A stretch of 64,000 bases of DNA from the IMG/VR virus record IMGVR_UViG_3300005805_009577, positions 117,146 through 181,145 of that record; one strand, 5' to 3'. Below the pieces are notes generated by a model, which was not told the DNA's origin, searched no databases, and was given only the letters and a program-made list of their open reading frames with translations. This document shows, piece by piece, positions 54,610-64,000 of the stretch. Every line of letters begins with the position of its first letter. Position 1 is the stretch's first letter. A program made the position numbers and the translations under genes. The stretch comes from a virus.

Positions 54610-55257
54610 ATGAATATACTATACGTTGGAAGTGGAAGATCCGCACAGCTTGTCAAAAGAATAGATTTATCTAAATATAAAGTTGCATGTGTAAATAATG
54701 CTTGGCGTTTGTTTGAAAAATTTGATATATGGATTCATTCGGGAGATTTTCCTAGCGAGAATAGGCCAAAAACTAAAAATTTCGAAATAGAAGTAAGCCA
54801 CAGAGAATACAACAAGGCCGCCCAAGAAATGGCCGAAAAGCTCGGAGCGGCCACTCGTTCTCCGTCCCACTATTTTGGATACACAGCGTTTTTTAATGGC
54901 CTTTATTGGTTAATGAATGAGCAGCCAAAAAAAATATCATTATTGGGATTCGATCATGATTACAACCCTGAAAAAGTCAAAAAATGGCAAGAAAATAATA
55001 AACCAAGCCCACAAAATCAATATTTAAAACCAAAAGACATGACAATAAATGAGTGGCTTGGAGACTTTTTTAAAGGAATGGAAAAAGATTCTTTTTACGG
55101 GCAGGGAACACCAGATCCTTTGAGGTTGGGAGAAAAGCATTTAAAAGACAAGTTTTTGTTAGCAATAGAGAATGCAAAGAAATTAAACATAGAATTAGTA
55201 AATTTATCTCCTGTTGAGTCTAATATAAATATGGTTCAAAAAGAAAAAATACAGTAG
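54610..55257 (+). CDS. DUF115/GT-like hypothetical protein
   Basis: LYVGSG, CVNNAW, LLGFDHDY. Confidence 0.5.
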   Translation: MNILYVGSGRSAQLVKRIDLSKYKVACVNNAWRLFEKFDIWIHSGDFPSENRPKTKNFEIEVSHREYNKAAQEMAEKLGAATRSPSHYFGYTAFFNGLYWLMNEQPKKISLLGFDHDYNPEKVKKWQENNKPSPQNQYLKPKDMTINEWLGDFFKGMEKDSFYGQGTPDPLRLGEKHLKDKFLLAIENAKKLNIELVNLSPVESNINMVQKEKIQ

Positions 55258-55277
55258 ATTTTTTGCTATATTATTTT

Positions 55278-55547
55278 ATGTTAGAACTTTTTGGCTGGGT
55301 GGGCTCAATACTTCTTGCCTTTTGCGGATTGCCGCAAGCCATAGAATCTTATAAAACAAAGTCTTCTTACGGAGTTACCTGGGGATTAATTTTAATGTGG
55401 TTGTTGGGAGAAATATTTACTTTAATTTATGTTTTTCCTAAATCAGATTTGCCTCTAATTTTTAATTATACAGCAAATATACTTTTTATTTCTGTTATAG
55501 GCTATTATAAAATTTTCCCCAAGGGACTAACAACCTCTAAAAAATAA
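55278..55547 (+). CDS. PQ-loop / SemiSWEET-like transporter
   Basis: GWVG..L...LPQAI..YKTKS..GV.W, three TM helices, NY. Confidence 0.75.
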   Translation: MLELFGWVGSILLAFCGLPQAIESYKTKSSYGVTWGLILMWLLGEIFTLIYVFPKSDLPLIFNYTANILFISVIGYYKIFPKGLTTSKK

Positions 55548-55742
55548 TAAAATAAAAAGCAAAATAGCTAATATTAAAAAAGTACTACCGCCAAAAAACC
55601 AAAAAGCCAATAAACCTAAACTAATTAATATAAAAGATTTTTCTTTTTTAGACTTATAATCCAAATAAAGATATCTACCTATAAAACCCAAGCCTAGTAG
55701 CAATGAAGCGAGTGCTACAATCAATATATTTTGTTCATTCAT
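55527..55742 (-). CDS. small membrane hypothetical protein
   Basis: Two hydrophobic helices; GAGG RBS. Confidence 0.5.
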   Translation of the reverse strand: MNEQNILIVALASLLLGLGFIGRYLYLDYKSKKEKSFILISLGLLAFWFFGGSTFLILAILLFILLFFRGC

Positions 55743-55832
55743 GTTTTACCTCTTATAAATATATATCAATATTAATTATCAAAATTAAACAAATAGTCTA
55801 CAATTTATTAAAATAAATTAATATATACAATT

Positions 55833-56294
55833 ATGAATTTTAAAAAATGGCTAAACGAATACACTGCAGTTGGTCTAAAAGGTTTGTTTAGAAATACATG
55901 TGGGGATAAAAGTTGTAGCAGAGGCAGTTCTCTCTGGTTGCCGGACTTTGAGTCTGGCTCTGTTGCTAAAGACGATAAATTTACACAAGTTCCTTTAAAT
56001 TTTGGCCAAAATACAAAGGGATATTATGACGAAGATAATAATAGATTTTCTCTGGTTATCGAGGTTTCGCAGATATTAAAAGATAAAAATAGAAATTCCT
56101 TAATCGAACAATTACTCCAAAAATCTCGGCAAAACATAGAAGGAATTAATCAAAATAAAATATTAAGTTTTATAAATAGCAAAATAAATCAAAACCAACA
56201 ACAGTTGGTTTCTAATGATAAGTTTAATCAATTAAAATATTTTAAAAATTATATTGCAAAAGATTCTCTTATAATTGTGTATCAATTAATTTAA
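55833..56294 (+). CDS. hypothetical protein with MNFKKWLNE N-terminus
   Basis: 153 aa. Confidence 0.6.
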   Translation: MNFKKWLNEYTAVGLKGLFRNTCGDKSCSRGSSLWLPDFESGSVAKDDKFTQVPLNFGQNTKGYYDEDNNRFSLVIEVSQILKDKNRNSLIEQLLQKSRQNIEGINQNKILSFINSKINQNQQQLVSNDKFNQLKYFKNYIAKDSLIIVYQLI

Positions 56295-56300
56295 TTTTTA

Positions 56301-57812
56301 ATGAAAACAATAATAAGATGGACAATTGGAGATGTCTCCGACCAAGGTTTGGAGTGTCTCAATCTATCCATAAAAAATATGACTGATTTTTATGGATATA
56401 ATGATTTCTACTACTTTATTTGTCATAACAATATTTCAAAAAAAAAATTAAACTCTATTGGAAATTCAAAAATTAATCTTTTAGATCAAGAGAAGTTCAC
56501 AGAATCGCTTCCAATAGCCCCATCTAAAGAGTATGGAGTATCTTGGAAGCTATATCCTCCAAGAATAGATGTAGAAAGAAATGAAATTTTCATGGATAAT
56601 GATATAGTTTTTCATAAAAAAATAATTTTAGATGAATTTAAAGATTATTTTTTGATTTCAGAGGCGATAAATCGCTCTTATGGATTTTTTGATAATAAAG
56701 TAATATCAAAAAGAAACATGAATAGCGGTTTTTTTAAATTACTTCCTGGGTATGATTTTGCAAAAAAACTTTCTAACACGATTTTGGAATTTGATTTTAA
56801 TTGGACTTCGTATTTTGATGAACAAGGTTTGGTTTCTTATATAATTAGCAAAGAAAACCATTTGGTTGTAGGTTTAGACAAACTAACAATAACACATAAT
56901 AATTTTGATAATTTTATAGGAGAATATGGCACACATTTTATTGGTATAAACTTTATGGGCGGTGGTATTAATCCTTATTGGAACCGATATAAACAAATTT
57001 TTGATGATTCAATTATAGATTTTGAAAATTTAAAACTTTTATTAAATTCAGAAGAGTGGCCACGAGCAGTGTCTACCGCCCAGATAGCAGACGAAAATTT
57101 AGAAAAAGAAAAAAAAGAAAGGGCAGAAGGAATAGTGGATATTATGTTGTCCTATTCTCTAGAAAACAAGAAATTTTTAGATTTGGGGTGTGGAGAAGGA
57201 CATATAGCAAAGCATATTTCTGACCGGGCGGAGGTTTCAGTCGGATATGATTTAGATAATTCAAAATCAAAATTTAAATGGGAATCCAAAGAAAACAAAA
57301 TGTTACTCACAACAAATTTTGAAAAAGTTAAATCAGAAGGACCGTATGATATTATTCTAATATATGATGTATTGGATCATGTAGAAGAAGAAACAATGAA
57401 AAGCTTACTTGAAAAAGCCAAATCAGTACTTACTGAAGAAGGGCGAATATATTTGAGATGTCATCCTTGGTCTGGTCGTCATGGTGGTCATTTATATAAA
57501 ATAAACAAGGCATTTGTACATCTTGTTTTTACAAATGAAGAGCTTAAAAAAATGAATATTGATCAAGGATTTAATAGAAAAATTATCGCCCCCATAGAAA
57601 CATATAATAACGCTATAGACGAAGCTGGTTTATCTAGAATAGAGGAAGAAGTTGATTTTCAAGAACCAGAACCCTTTTTTTCAGTAAACAAAATAATATG
57701 GAAAAGAATTTTAAAAGCATTTAAAAATGAATTGGAATGGGAAAAAGACAATATTATATTTCAAATGTCTCATTCTTTTGTGGACTATGTCCTGGTCAAA
57801 AAGATTGTTTAG
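56301..57812 (+). CDS. GT-like domain fused to class I methyltransferase
   Basis: FMDND, NSGFF, FDEQG; C-terminal FLDLGCGEG, YDVLDH. Confidence 0.75.
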   Translation: MKTIIRWTIGDVSDQGLECLNLSIKNMTDFYGYNDFYYFICHNNISKKKLNSIGNSKINLLDQEKFTESLPIAPSKEYGVSWKLYPPRIDVERNEIFMDNDIVFHKKIILDEFKDYFLISEAINRSYGFFDNKVISKRNMNSGFFKLLPGYDFAKKLSNTILEFDFNWTSYFDEQGLVSYIISKENHLVVGLDKLTITHNNFDNFIGEYGTHFIGINFMGGGINPYWNRYKQIFDDSIIDFENLKLLLNSEEWPRAVSTAQIADENLEKEKKERAEGIVDIMLSYSLENKKFLDLGCGEGHIAKHISDRAEVSVGYDLDNSKSKFKWESKENKMLLTTNFEKVKSEGPYDIILIYDVLDHVEEETMKSLLEKAKSVLTEEGRIYLRCHPWSGRHGGHLYKINKAFVHLVFTNEELKKMNIDQGFNRKIIAPIETYNNAIDEAGLSRIEEEVDFQEPEPFFSVNKIIWKRILKAFKNELEWEKDNIIFQMSHSFVDYVLVKKIV

Positions 57813-57872
57813 ATATTAAAAAAAATTAAAAAGATTCTCTTATAATTGTATATCAATTAATTTGAATTAGTA

Positions 57873-58550
57873 ATGAACGCAGTAATAATAAGCGATATAC
57901 ACCTGGGCAGCGATATTTGCCAAAGCAAAAAACTAAAAGAGTTTCTTTTTCAAATAGAGCACAATGTAATACAGGTTGATGAAATTATAATAAACGGCGA
58001 TCTATTTGATAGTTTGGATTTTAGAAAATTAAAAAGCAGTCATTGGAAAATTTTAAGCAGCTTAAGAAGTTTGACTAAAACAAAACATGTTGTTTGGATA
58101 AATGGCAATCATGACGGGCCAGCGTGCTTTATATCTCATGTTATCGGTGTTGATTTTGTAGAAGAATATAAATTTAAAAGTGGAGAAAAGAACTTTATAA
58201 TTTTACATGGAGATAAGTTTGATAACTTTATAACTAAATATCCAGTTTTAACTAAATTAGCAGATAAAATATATAGGTTTATTCAAAAACTAGATAAAAG
58301 TTTTTATTTAGCTAATTTAGCCAAAAGAAATAGCAAGACTTTTTTGCGTTGTAGCGAACAAATTAAACAAAGAGCTATAGGGTATTGCCTACAAAATAAA
58401 GCAGATGTAATATGTTGTGGCCATACTCATTTAGCACTAGAGACAAAAACTTCTAAAGTTCACTATATTAATAGTGGTTGTTGGACCGAAGAATGTTGTA
58501 GTTATATTTTAATTACAGAACAAAATGTAGAATTGAAAAAGTTTAATTAA
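57873..58550 (+). CDS. metallophosphoesterase, UDP-2,3-diacylglucosamine diphosphatase-like
   Basis: SDIHLG, GD.FD, GNHD, HGDKFD, CGHTH, NSGCW. Confidence 0.82.
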   Translation: MNAVIISDIHLGSDICQSKKLKEFLFQIEHNVIQVDEIIINGDLFDSLDFRKLKSSHWKILSSLRSLTKTKHVVWINGNHDGPACFISHVIGVDFVEEYKFKSGEKNFIILHGDKFDNFITKYPVLTKLADKIYRFIQKLDKSFYLANLAKRNSKTFLRCSEQIKQRAIGYCLQNKADVICCGHTHLALETKTSKVHYINSGCWTEECCSYILITEQNVELKKFN

Positions 58551-59275
58551 TGTCCATCTTTTCTATCATGGGTAAAGATTCCAAAACCAAATATACATTT
58601 ATAATTTTTTTGTGACCAAATAGGCGTTAAAGTTTTTTCTATATTTTCTCCATTTTTTAAATAAGGATAAATGGCATTGTAAAAAAAATCTTTTTTACAC
58701 ATATATGGATTATTTGTGTAGTTGCAACTGGCTGATGAAGTCATATACCAATCTTCTTTTATCTTGGTTATTTTATCGGGATAAACTAGTTCTGGATGCT
58801 CGACCCAATACATACATTCTGAAAGATGTTTACTTTTAATAAACGAGGATGGAGGTATTTGGCTTAAATTCATTTTTGCATAATTAGGATGTCCTGGATT
58901 TTTTCTGCTTCTACCTCTTACTAAATCTGCTGTGTTTTTATTTAAAAAATAAATAGCATTTTCTAAATAGTATTTAACTTCTTTTTGATCACAGTAAGTG
59001 CAAAAGTCATTTTCTAAAAATAATATTATTTCATTTTTAGCGTTATTAAATATTTCTCTAAATCCGGAGGCCATCAAGCCGTTATCAGGCATTTTTATAC
59101 TTTTTACTGAAAATTGACTACAGATATTTTCTTCTTCTTCTTGTTTTTTAGAATTTTGAAGTATACAAAATATATCATCTGTTTCTTCTATTAGTCTACT
59201 ATTTTTATAAGAAAGTAGTGTGTTTTTCAAGGTGCTTGGAGCATTATAAGATAATATACCTATTGATATTTTCAT
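58547..59275 (-). CDS. GT2-like hypothetical protein
   Basis: GILSYN, LFLENDF; cluster context. Confidence 0.5.
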   Translation of the reverse strand: MKISIGILSYNAPSTLKNTLLSYKNSRLIEETDDIFCILQNSKKQEEEENICSQFSVKSIKMPDNGLMASGFREIFNNAKNEIILFLENDFCTYCDQKEVKYYLENAIYFLNKNTADLVRGRSRKNPGHPNYAKMNLSQIPPSSFIKSKHLSECMYWVEHPELVYPDKITKIKEDWYMTSSASCNYTNNPYMCKKDFFYNAIYPYLKNGENIEKTLTPIWSQKNYKCIFGFGIFTHDRKDGH

Positions 59276-60267
59276 TTTTGACCTCTTATTCTATTAATCA
59301 AATTTTCCCAGCAATCTAATACTTTAGTTTCTAAAAAGTTTTCACTAAGGCTTACTTTTGGTCTATTATAGTAGAAAGACAATAATAGTTTTTCAAATTG
59401 TTCATAACTTTTTAAATCACAAGTATATTCGTTGTTAATAAATTCATGCATTCCATTTATCAAATTTGTAGCTATTACTGGTGTTTTCAAATAATATGAT
59501 TCCGCAAAAGTGCAACCGAAAGTTTCTGGGAACTCTGTTGATACTACACATAAAGACGATTGAATTAAACTGCTGTATATTTTTTTATCTCTAACCACGT
59601 CGTGCAACCTAATATATGGCTTGTTTATCAAACTTGGTAAATTTATTTTCCCGTAACTAGGACTTAGAACATTTAAATAAAAATTTGGATATTTAGCATA
59701 TAAATTGTCAAATAACTTTATTATAACATCTAATCCTTTTTTCCAAGCAGAAGCAAAAGTTATTGAATTTTTATCAACTTCTATTTTATCATCATACCGG
59801 TATACCTCTGTATAGAGTGCATTATATATGACTGAAATATTTTCTTTATTTATTTTTAAACTATTTTTATGGAACTCACTCACGGCCACAACTTGAATTT
59901 TATTATTGTTAATTAACTCTGAGACCTGTTCGGATAAACCTATTCCTTTGTAATCATGAGACCAGACTATTAATCTTTTTGGATTATAAAATTTAATAAT
60001 ATTTGGCACTATATCAAAAAACCGCCAAAAAATTAATGGAACATCTTTTTCGATATTTTTATTATAAATTAAATCGTTATAATCTCTATATAATATGTTG
60101 TCAATTTTTTCATAAATTCCAGATCTATTGAAACAAGTAACATTAAAACCGTTGATTGATAATTGTTTGGCTAGGAGACAAATTTGAAATTCCGACGCAC
60201 CACTCCCTGCATTCAGTACACTTTTATGATTTAAATGATTGTTCCAAGCCAAATAGACAGAATTCAT
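59272..60267 (-). CDS. GT4-like glycosyltransferase
   Basis: GASE, KKGLD, FPETFGCTFAES...PVI. Confidence 0.75.
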   Translation of the reverse strand: MNSVYLAWNNHLNHKSVLNAGSGASEFQICLLAKQLSINGFNVTCFNRSGIYEKIDNILYRDYNDLIYNKNIEKDVPLIFWRFFDIVPNIIKFYNPKRLIVWSHDYKGIGLSEQVSELINNNKIQVVAVSEFHKNSLKINKENISVIYNALYTEVYRYDDKIEVDKNSITFASAWKKGLDVIIKLFDNLYAKYPNFYLNVLSPSYGKINLPSLINKPYIRLHDVVRDKKIYSSLIQSSLCVVSTEFPETFGCTFAESYYLKTPVIATNLINGMHEFINNEYTCDLKSYEQFEKLLLSFYYNRPKVSLSENFLETKVLDCWENLINRIRGQK

Positions 60268-60353
60268 AATTGTATTTATGCAAAAAAGATAATAAATACT
60301 ACTATATATTGGAAAAAATATTTTATAGTTAAATGTCGATAAAAGAGTAATTT

Positions 60354-60950
60354 ATGTACAATTTACCAGAAAATTATGAACATAGATTAAATCCGCAACA
60401 CCATGATGATCGGTCTTTCACTGATGGTTGGCAAGATTATGTTTATGAAAAAGCAAGGAAAATTGCTAATGAAAACAATTATTCATCTATTCTTGATGTT
60501 GGTTGTGGCAGTGGATTCAAATTGATAAAATACTTCAATGATAAAAATACTTTTGGATTAGAACTAGAACCTTCCTTGTCATATCTGAAAAAAACTTATC
60601 CAAATAAGAGATGGCAAGAGTCAAAACTTAATCAACAACTACAGGAAAGTTTTGACATTGTAATTTGTGCCGATGTAATAGAACACATTCCTTCAGTTGA
60701 TGTATTAACAGAATTTCTTTCAAAAATACAATGTAAATACTTGATAATCTCAACCCCTGATAGAGGATTGTTGAAACTAAGGTATAATGGCCGAGGATTC
60801 AATGGACCACCGGTTAATCCTTGTCATTGTAGGGAGTGGACTCGTGAAGAATTTGTTTCATATCTTGCTAATTTTAGAATAGATGTTACAGAACATCTGG
60901 CATGCAAAAAAGAATGCTCTCAAACAGTTGTCAGCAGGAGAATGTTATGA
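60354..60950 (+). CDS. class I SAM-dependent methyltransferase
   Basis: ILDVGCGSG, CADVIEHI, ISTPDR. Confidence 0.85.
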   Translation: MYNLPENYEHRLNPQHHDDRSFTDGWQDYVYEKARKIANENNYSSILDVGCGSGFKLIKYFNDKNTFGLELEPSLSYLKKTYPNKRWQESKLNQQLQESFDIVICADVIEHIPSVDVLTEFLSKIQCKYLIISTPDRGLLKLRYNGRGFNGPPVNPCHCREWTREEFVSYLANFRIDVTEHLACKKECSQTVVSRRML

Positions 60951-61645
60951 ACATTGTAATGGCTGCATATGGACTTCCAAGAAATTCAATTGAAAATTTT
61001 ATGAATTGGAACCAAGTGGCATTACAAGAAATGGGAGTTACTGTTTGGGTGGGTTATCACGAATATTTTATAAACAATCCTTTTTCAAATCTTCGGGTGA
61101 TAAAATACCCTAAAAAGGAAAAAATTTTCTCTATCGGAAGAACTGTCAATTATGTGATGAGGCGAATTGATTGTGGTGAAAAAGAAATTATCATTAAGAC
61201 AGATCCAGATATTGTTTTTTCAAAGGAAGTATTGAACCATATTTCAAAGAATTTAACAATTGGTTCGGGAATGGTTTGTATTTGTGCAAACATTGCTAAT
61301 CCAGAATTAGTCGAATTTTCTACTTGGTCAAATATGGCCAAGAGGAGAGGAGGAAGGGGTGCTTGTTTTGCTATGACCAAAGCAGATTGGTTTAAATTGA
61401 ATGGTTATGACGAACGAATTGAGGGTTGGGGTGGAGATGATGATGAAATGTTCCATAGAGCTTCTAAACAAGTTAAAATAACACAAGATGATGAATATCC
61501 ATTGTTTCACGTCAACCATCCAGAAAGAAAAAACAAGTTTTCTAATTTTCCTTATAATTTTTATGTTAATAGAGAAATTATAAAATTATTGGATTGGAGT
61601 TCTCCTAATTGGGGACAAGCTGGACAAGTTGAGGAAAATAAATGA
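60947..61645 (+). CDS. GT2/GT7C-like glycosyltransferase
   Basis: TDPDI, LNGYDERIEGWGGDDDE, HVNHP; ATGA overlap with previous gene. Confidence 0.75.
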   Translation: MNIVMAAYGLPRNSIENFMNWNQVALQEMGVTVWVGYHEYFINNPFSNLRVIKYPKKEKIFSIGRTVNYVMRRIDCGEKEIIIKTDPDIVFSKEVLNHISKNLTIGSGMVCICANIANPELVEFSTWSNMAKRRGGRGACFAMTKADWFKLNGYDERIEGWGGDDDEMFHRASKQVKITQDDEYPLFHVNHPERKNKFSNFPYNFYVNREIIKLLDWSSPNWGQAGQVEENK

Positions 61646-61754
61646 GGTTTACTTCCAACAAATTCCGTTTTCTATTTTATATTCCAAGCGGATAAATATC
61701 TACGGTCAGCTTCAAACTTTAAAATTTTGTATTCCATTAAATTATATATAATAT

Positions 61755-62597
61755 ATGCCAAGTAAATTATTAAGAGTAGGATATACTGAGTGTACTTTAT
61801 TATTTATATATTATCTTGAATACAAACAAGAAATAAATGTAGAAAGTTTTGAAACAGTAAAAAAACAAATGATAAAGTGGCTATACACCACTAGTGGTTA
61901 TTATGACAAAGAAATAAAGTCTAATTATTTTGACGCGGTTCAGGAAAAAGATACGAATATTTACTTGAAGTATATGGAAACAATTTATGAGTTTTTAAAA
62001 GATAGTGATTTTTTAAATTTAAATATTCACAATCATTGTGGAGATAAAGAAGATAAAAATAAATTTTTTAGCAATTTTAATTCAAAAAAAATTGGATACA
62101 TAAGCCAAGAAATTTTATACGATTTCATAAACAAAAAAAACATATTAATAATTTCTCCGTTTGGAGATATTATGAAAAAACAAATAGAAAGTGAGAATTG
62201 CAAAAGAATATACAACAATTTTCCTGATGTAGGCAGAATCGAATTCTATAGCGGAGAATATACATTTTTTAACAATGGCCCCCATAATAACATATTAGAA
62301 ACTGCAGAGTATATCTCATATAAGATACATGAAGGCCAAAAAAAGTATGATAACGTAATAATAAGCTGTGGGGCGTATAGTAATATAATTGCAAAAATGC
62401 TTTACAATAATAATAAAAATGTTTTAACCATAGGAGGAGATTTACAAGCATTTTTTGGCATATTAAATAATAGAACTAAACTTTACTACAAAAATCATAA
62501 TATAATTATACCAAATGAAAAATATTGGATTATAGAAATCCCTGAATCATATAAGCCTTTAAATTATGACAAAATAGAAGGCGGTTGTTATTGGTAA
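61755..62597 (+). CDS. glycosyltransferase-like (GT-D fold-like) hypothetical protein
   Basis: IISCGAY, IGGDLQAFFGI; cluster context. Confidence 0.5.
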   Translation: MPSKLLRVGYTECTLLFIYYLEYKQEINVESFETVKKQMIKWLYTTSGYYDKEIKSNYFDAVQEKDTNIYLKYMETIYEFLKDSDFLNLNIHNHCGDKEDKNKFFSNFNSKKIGYISQEILYDFINKKNILIISPFGDIMKKQIESENCKRIYNNFPDVGRIEFYSGEYTFFNNGPHNNILETAEYISYKIHEGQKKYDNVIISCGAYSNIIAKMLYNNNKNVLTIGGDLQAFFGILNNRTKLYYKNHNIIIPNEKYWIIEIPESYKPLNYDKIEGGCYW

Positions 62598-62598
62598 T

Positions 62599-63576
62599 TT
62601 AATTATTTTTAAGATGATGATAAACTAAATTGTTGATCATATTTATTTTATTTTTTTCTGTATAGAAGCTAGGGTAATGTTCTTTTTTAAACTTAATTTC
62701 TCCGCTCTCTATTTTAAAAATTAAATTATTAATTTCTTTGTATGTAAGGTTATCTATCAAATAAATATTTTGATTGTCTAAAAGATCTTTTGGAATAACA
62801 TTAGATGTGGCCAATATCAAGCATTCTGACTGTAAGCATTCGATTATTGTTGGTGGTGCAAAAGCACCACAATAAAAAATAGCATACTTTATTCCTAGCA
62901 GCAAACTTCTAAAATCTAATACATTTAAAATACCCAAATTATAAATTTTTTGATTATCAAATATTTTTTTCAATGTATCAAGGCATTTATCTTGACAAGG
63001 AAGAATATATTTTGGCAAAATTTCAAAATTATTTAATGGTCTTAAAGTTGTAAATAAATTAGTTTCTAAATTATTTATTAAACTTAATAATTTTTCTTGT
63101 TTATTTTTAGAAACTACATGACTAATACACTTTCCAATTAGTAAGCCTTTTATATTATATTCTTTATTAAAATTAGATTGAGGAATTTTTATAGGTGTTA
63201 TTGGAATACAAAAATTTTTATTATTATATCTCCAAGGATTAATAGTTTTATTTTTAAAATTAGGATATTGTGATTCAAAATAATAGTAAGAATACATTTT
63301 TCGACTGTATCTCTCCCAGGAACTGTCTATATTCTTCCAACCAGGACATATGATTATATCAGATTTTTCTAGAATATCAATATCATAAGACTCATCTATT
63401 TTAATTATATTATAGTTTGGAAGCGATCTAATTGTGTCGTACAGAGACTTTTGTATATAAAGTTCACCACCAACCCAATTTTTTAAGTCTTCTTTAAGAT
63501 TTTGACTTGACATATTTAAGTCTAAAAAAGCATCCATTTTTAATATAGATTTGGAATCGGTTAGATAAGTAATCAT
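62599..63576 (-). CDS. hypothetical protein, possibly glycosyltransferase-related
   Basis: 325-aa ORF, PPTIIECL near the C-terminus. Confidence 0.5.
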   Translation of the reverse strand: MITYLTDSKSILKMDAFLDLNMSSQNLKEDLKNWVGGELYIQKSLYDTIRSLPNYNIIKIDESYDIDILEKSDIIICPGWKNIDSSWERYSRKMYSYYYFESQYPNFKNKTINPWRYNNKNFCIPITPIKIPQSNFNKEYNIKGLLIGKCISHVVSKNKQEKLLSLINNLETNLFTTLRPLNNFEILPKYILPCQDKCLDTLKKIFDNQKIYNLGILNVLDFRSLLLGIKYAIFYCGAFAPPTIIECLQSECLILATSNVIPKDLLDNQNIYLIDNLTYKEINNLIFKIESGEIKFKKEHYPSFYTEKNKINMINNLVYHHLKNN

Positions 63577-63704
63577 AAATCAAAAGATTCTTTCTATTTT
63601 TATATATACTGCTTATTATAAAAACAGTAATTGTTTAAGCGGTTGCTATTGAATTCTACCATCGTTTCTAATGTTCTATATTAAACATAAACACGGAATA
63701 TAAA

Positions 63705-63998
63705 TCAAAACATTTGTTCTCTATTTCCCCATACTCTTATATCAATTGCTGGATTTCCGTCACCTGGAGTATTTCTTTTTATTGAACTTTCGATATGCTT
63801 TTTATTGCCCAAAATTTTATTTATTTTTACATTTAAATTGTTTTGGCAATTGTGACATAACTTGCCTGTGCTCTGATTCATCCATTTATATGTTTGCAAA
63901 TCTTTAGAATCTAATTGTTTTCCACAATGTTGGCATTTTAATCCACTTGGTATTTTTTCTGGGTCAGCGGTTTCTTTGAAATAAGATTTAAAGTTCAT
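63705..63998 (-). CDS. zinc-ribbon hypothetical protein with MNFKSYFKE N-terminus
   Basis: CQHC...CHNC. Confidence 0.55.
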   Translation of the reverse strand: MNFKSYFKETADPEKIPSGLKCQHCGKQLDSKDLQTYKWMNQSTGKLCHNCQNNLNVKINKILGNKKHIESSIKRNTPGDGNPAIDIRVWGNREQMF

Positions 63999-64000
63999 AT

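Noticed and set aside
1-64000. Eukaryotic giant virus or bacterial chromosome as the source
   Set aside because: Shine-Dalgarno sites, peptide deformylase, Tat and PEP-CTERM signals point to a bacterial host. Lack of housekeeping operons and of polysaccharide exporters argues against a chromosome. Not provable without hallmark genes.

Overview
AT-rich window that reads as part of a large (jumbo-type) dsDNA bacteriophage genome. This is inferred from dense small ORFs, Shine-Dalgarno sites, 10 tRNA genes and auxiliary genes (def, ugd, ACP-like); no capsid, terminase or polymerase gene is in the window. Three zones: (1) 1-14.5 kb, small hypothetical ORFs. (2) 14.5-25.6 kb, a GC-richer island built from repeated promoter-RBS-small ORF-hairpin cassettes. 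It has 24 co-oriented copies of a TTTTnGGGGTACG motif, hairpins at a fixed 23-25 nt distance upstream of many motifs, nine paralogous HTH genes (six nearly identical as proteins), micro-peptides, candidate structured RNAs, TTGTGAA repeat pairs and phased A-tracts. (3) 26-64 kb, a very large glycan-modification region including a neuB/neuA nonulosonate module. A tRNA-Gln(UUG) gene carries a group I (IC3-like) intron. PEP-CTERM and planctomycete-type export motifs hint at a PVC-superphylum host. All calls are by eye; no searches were run.
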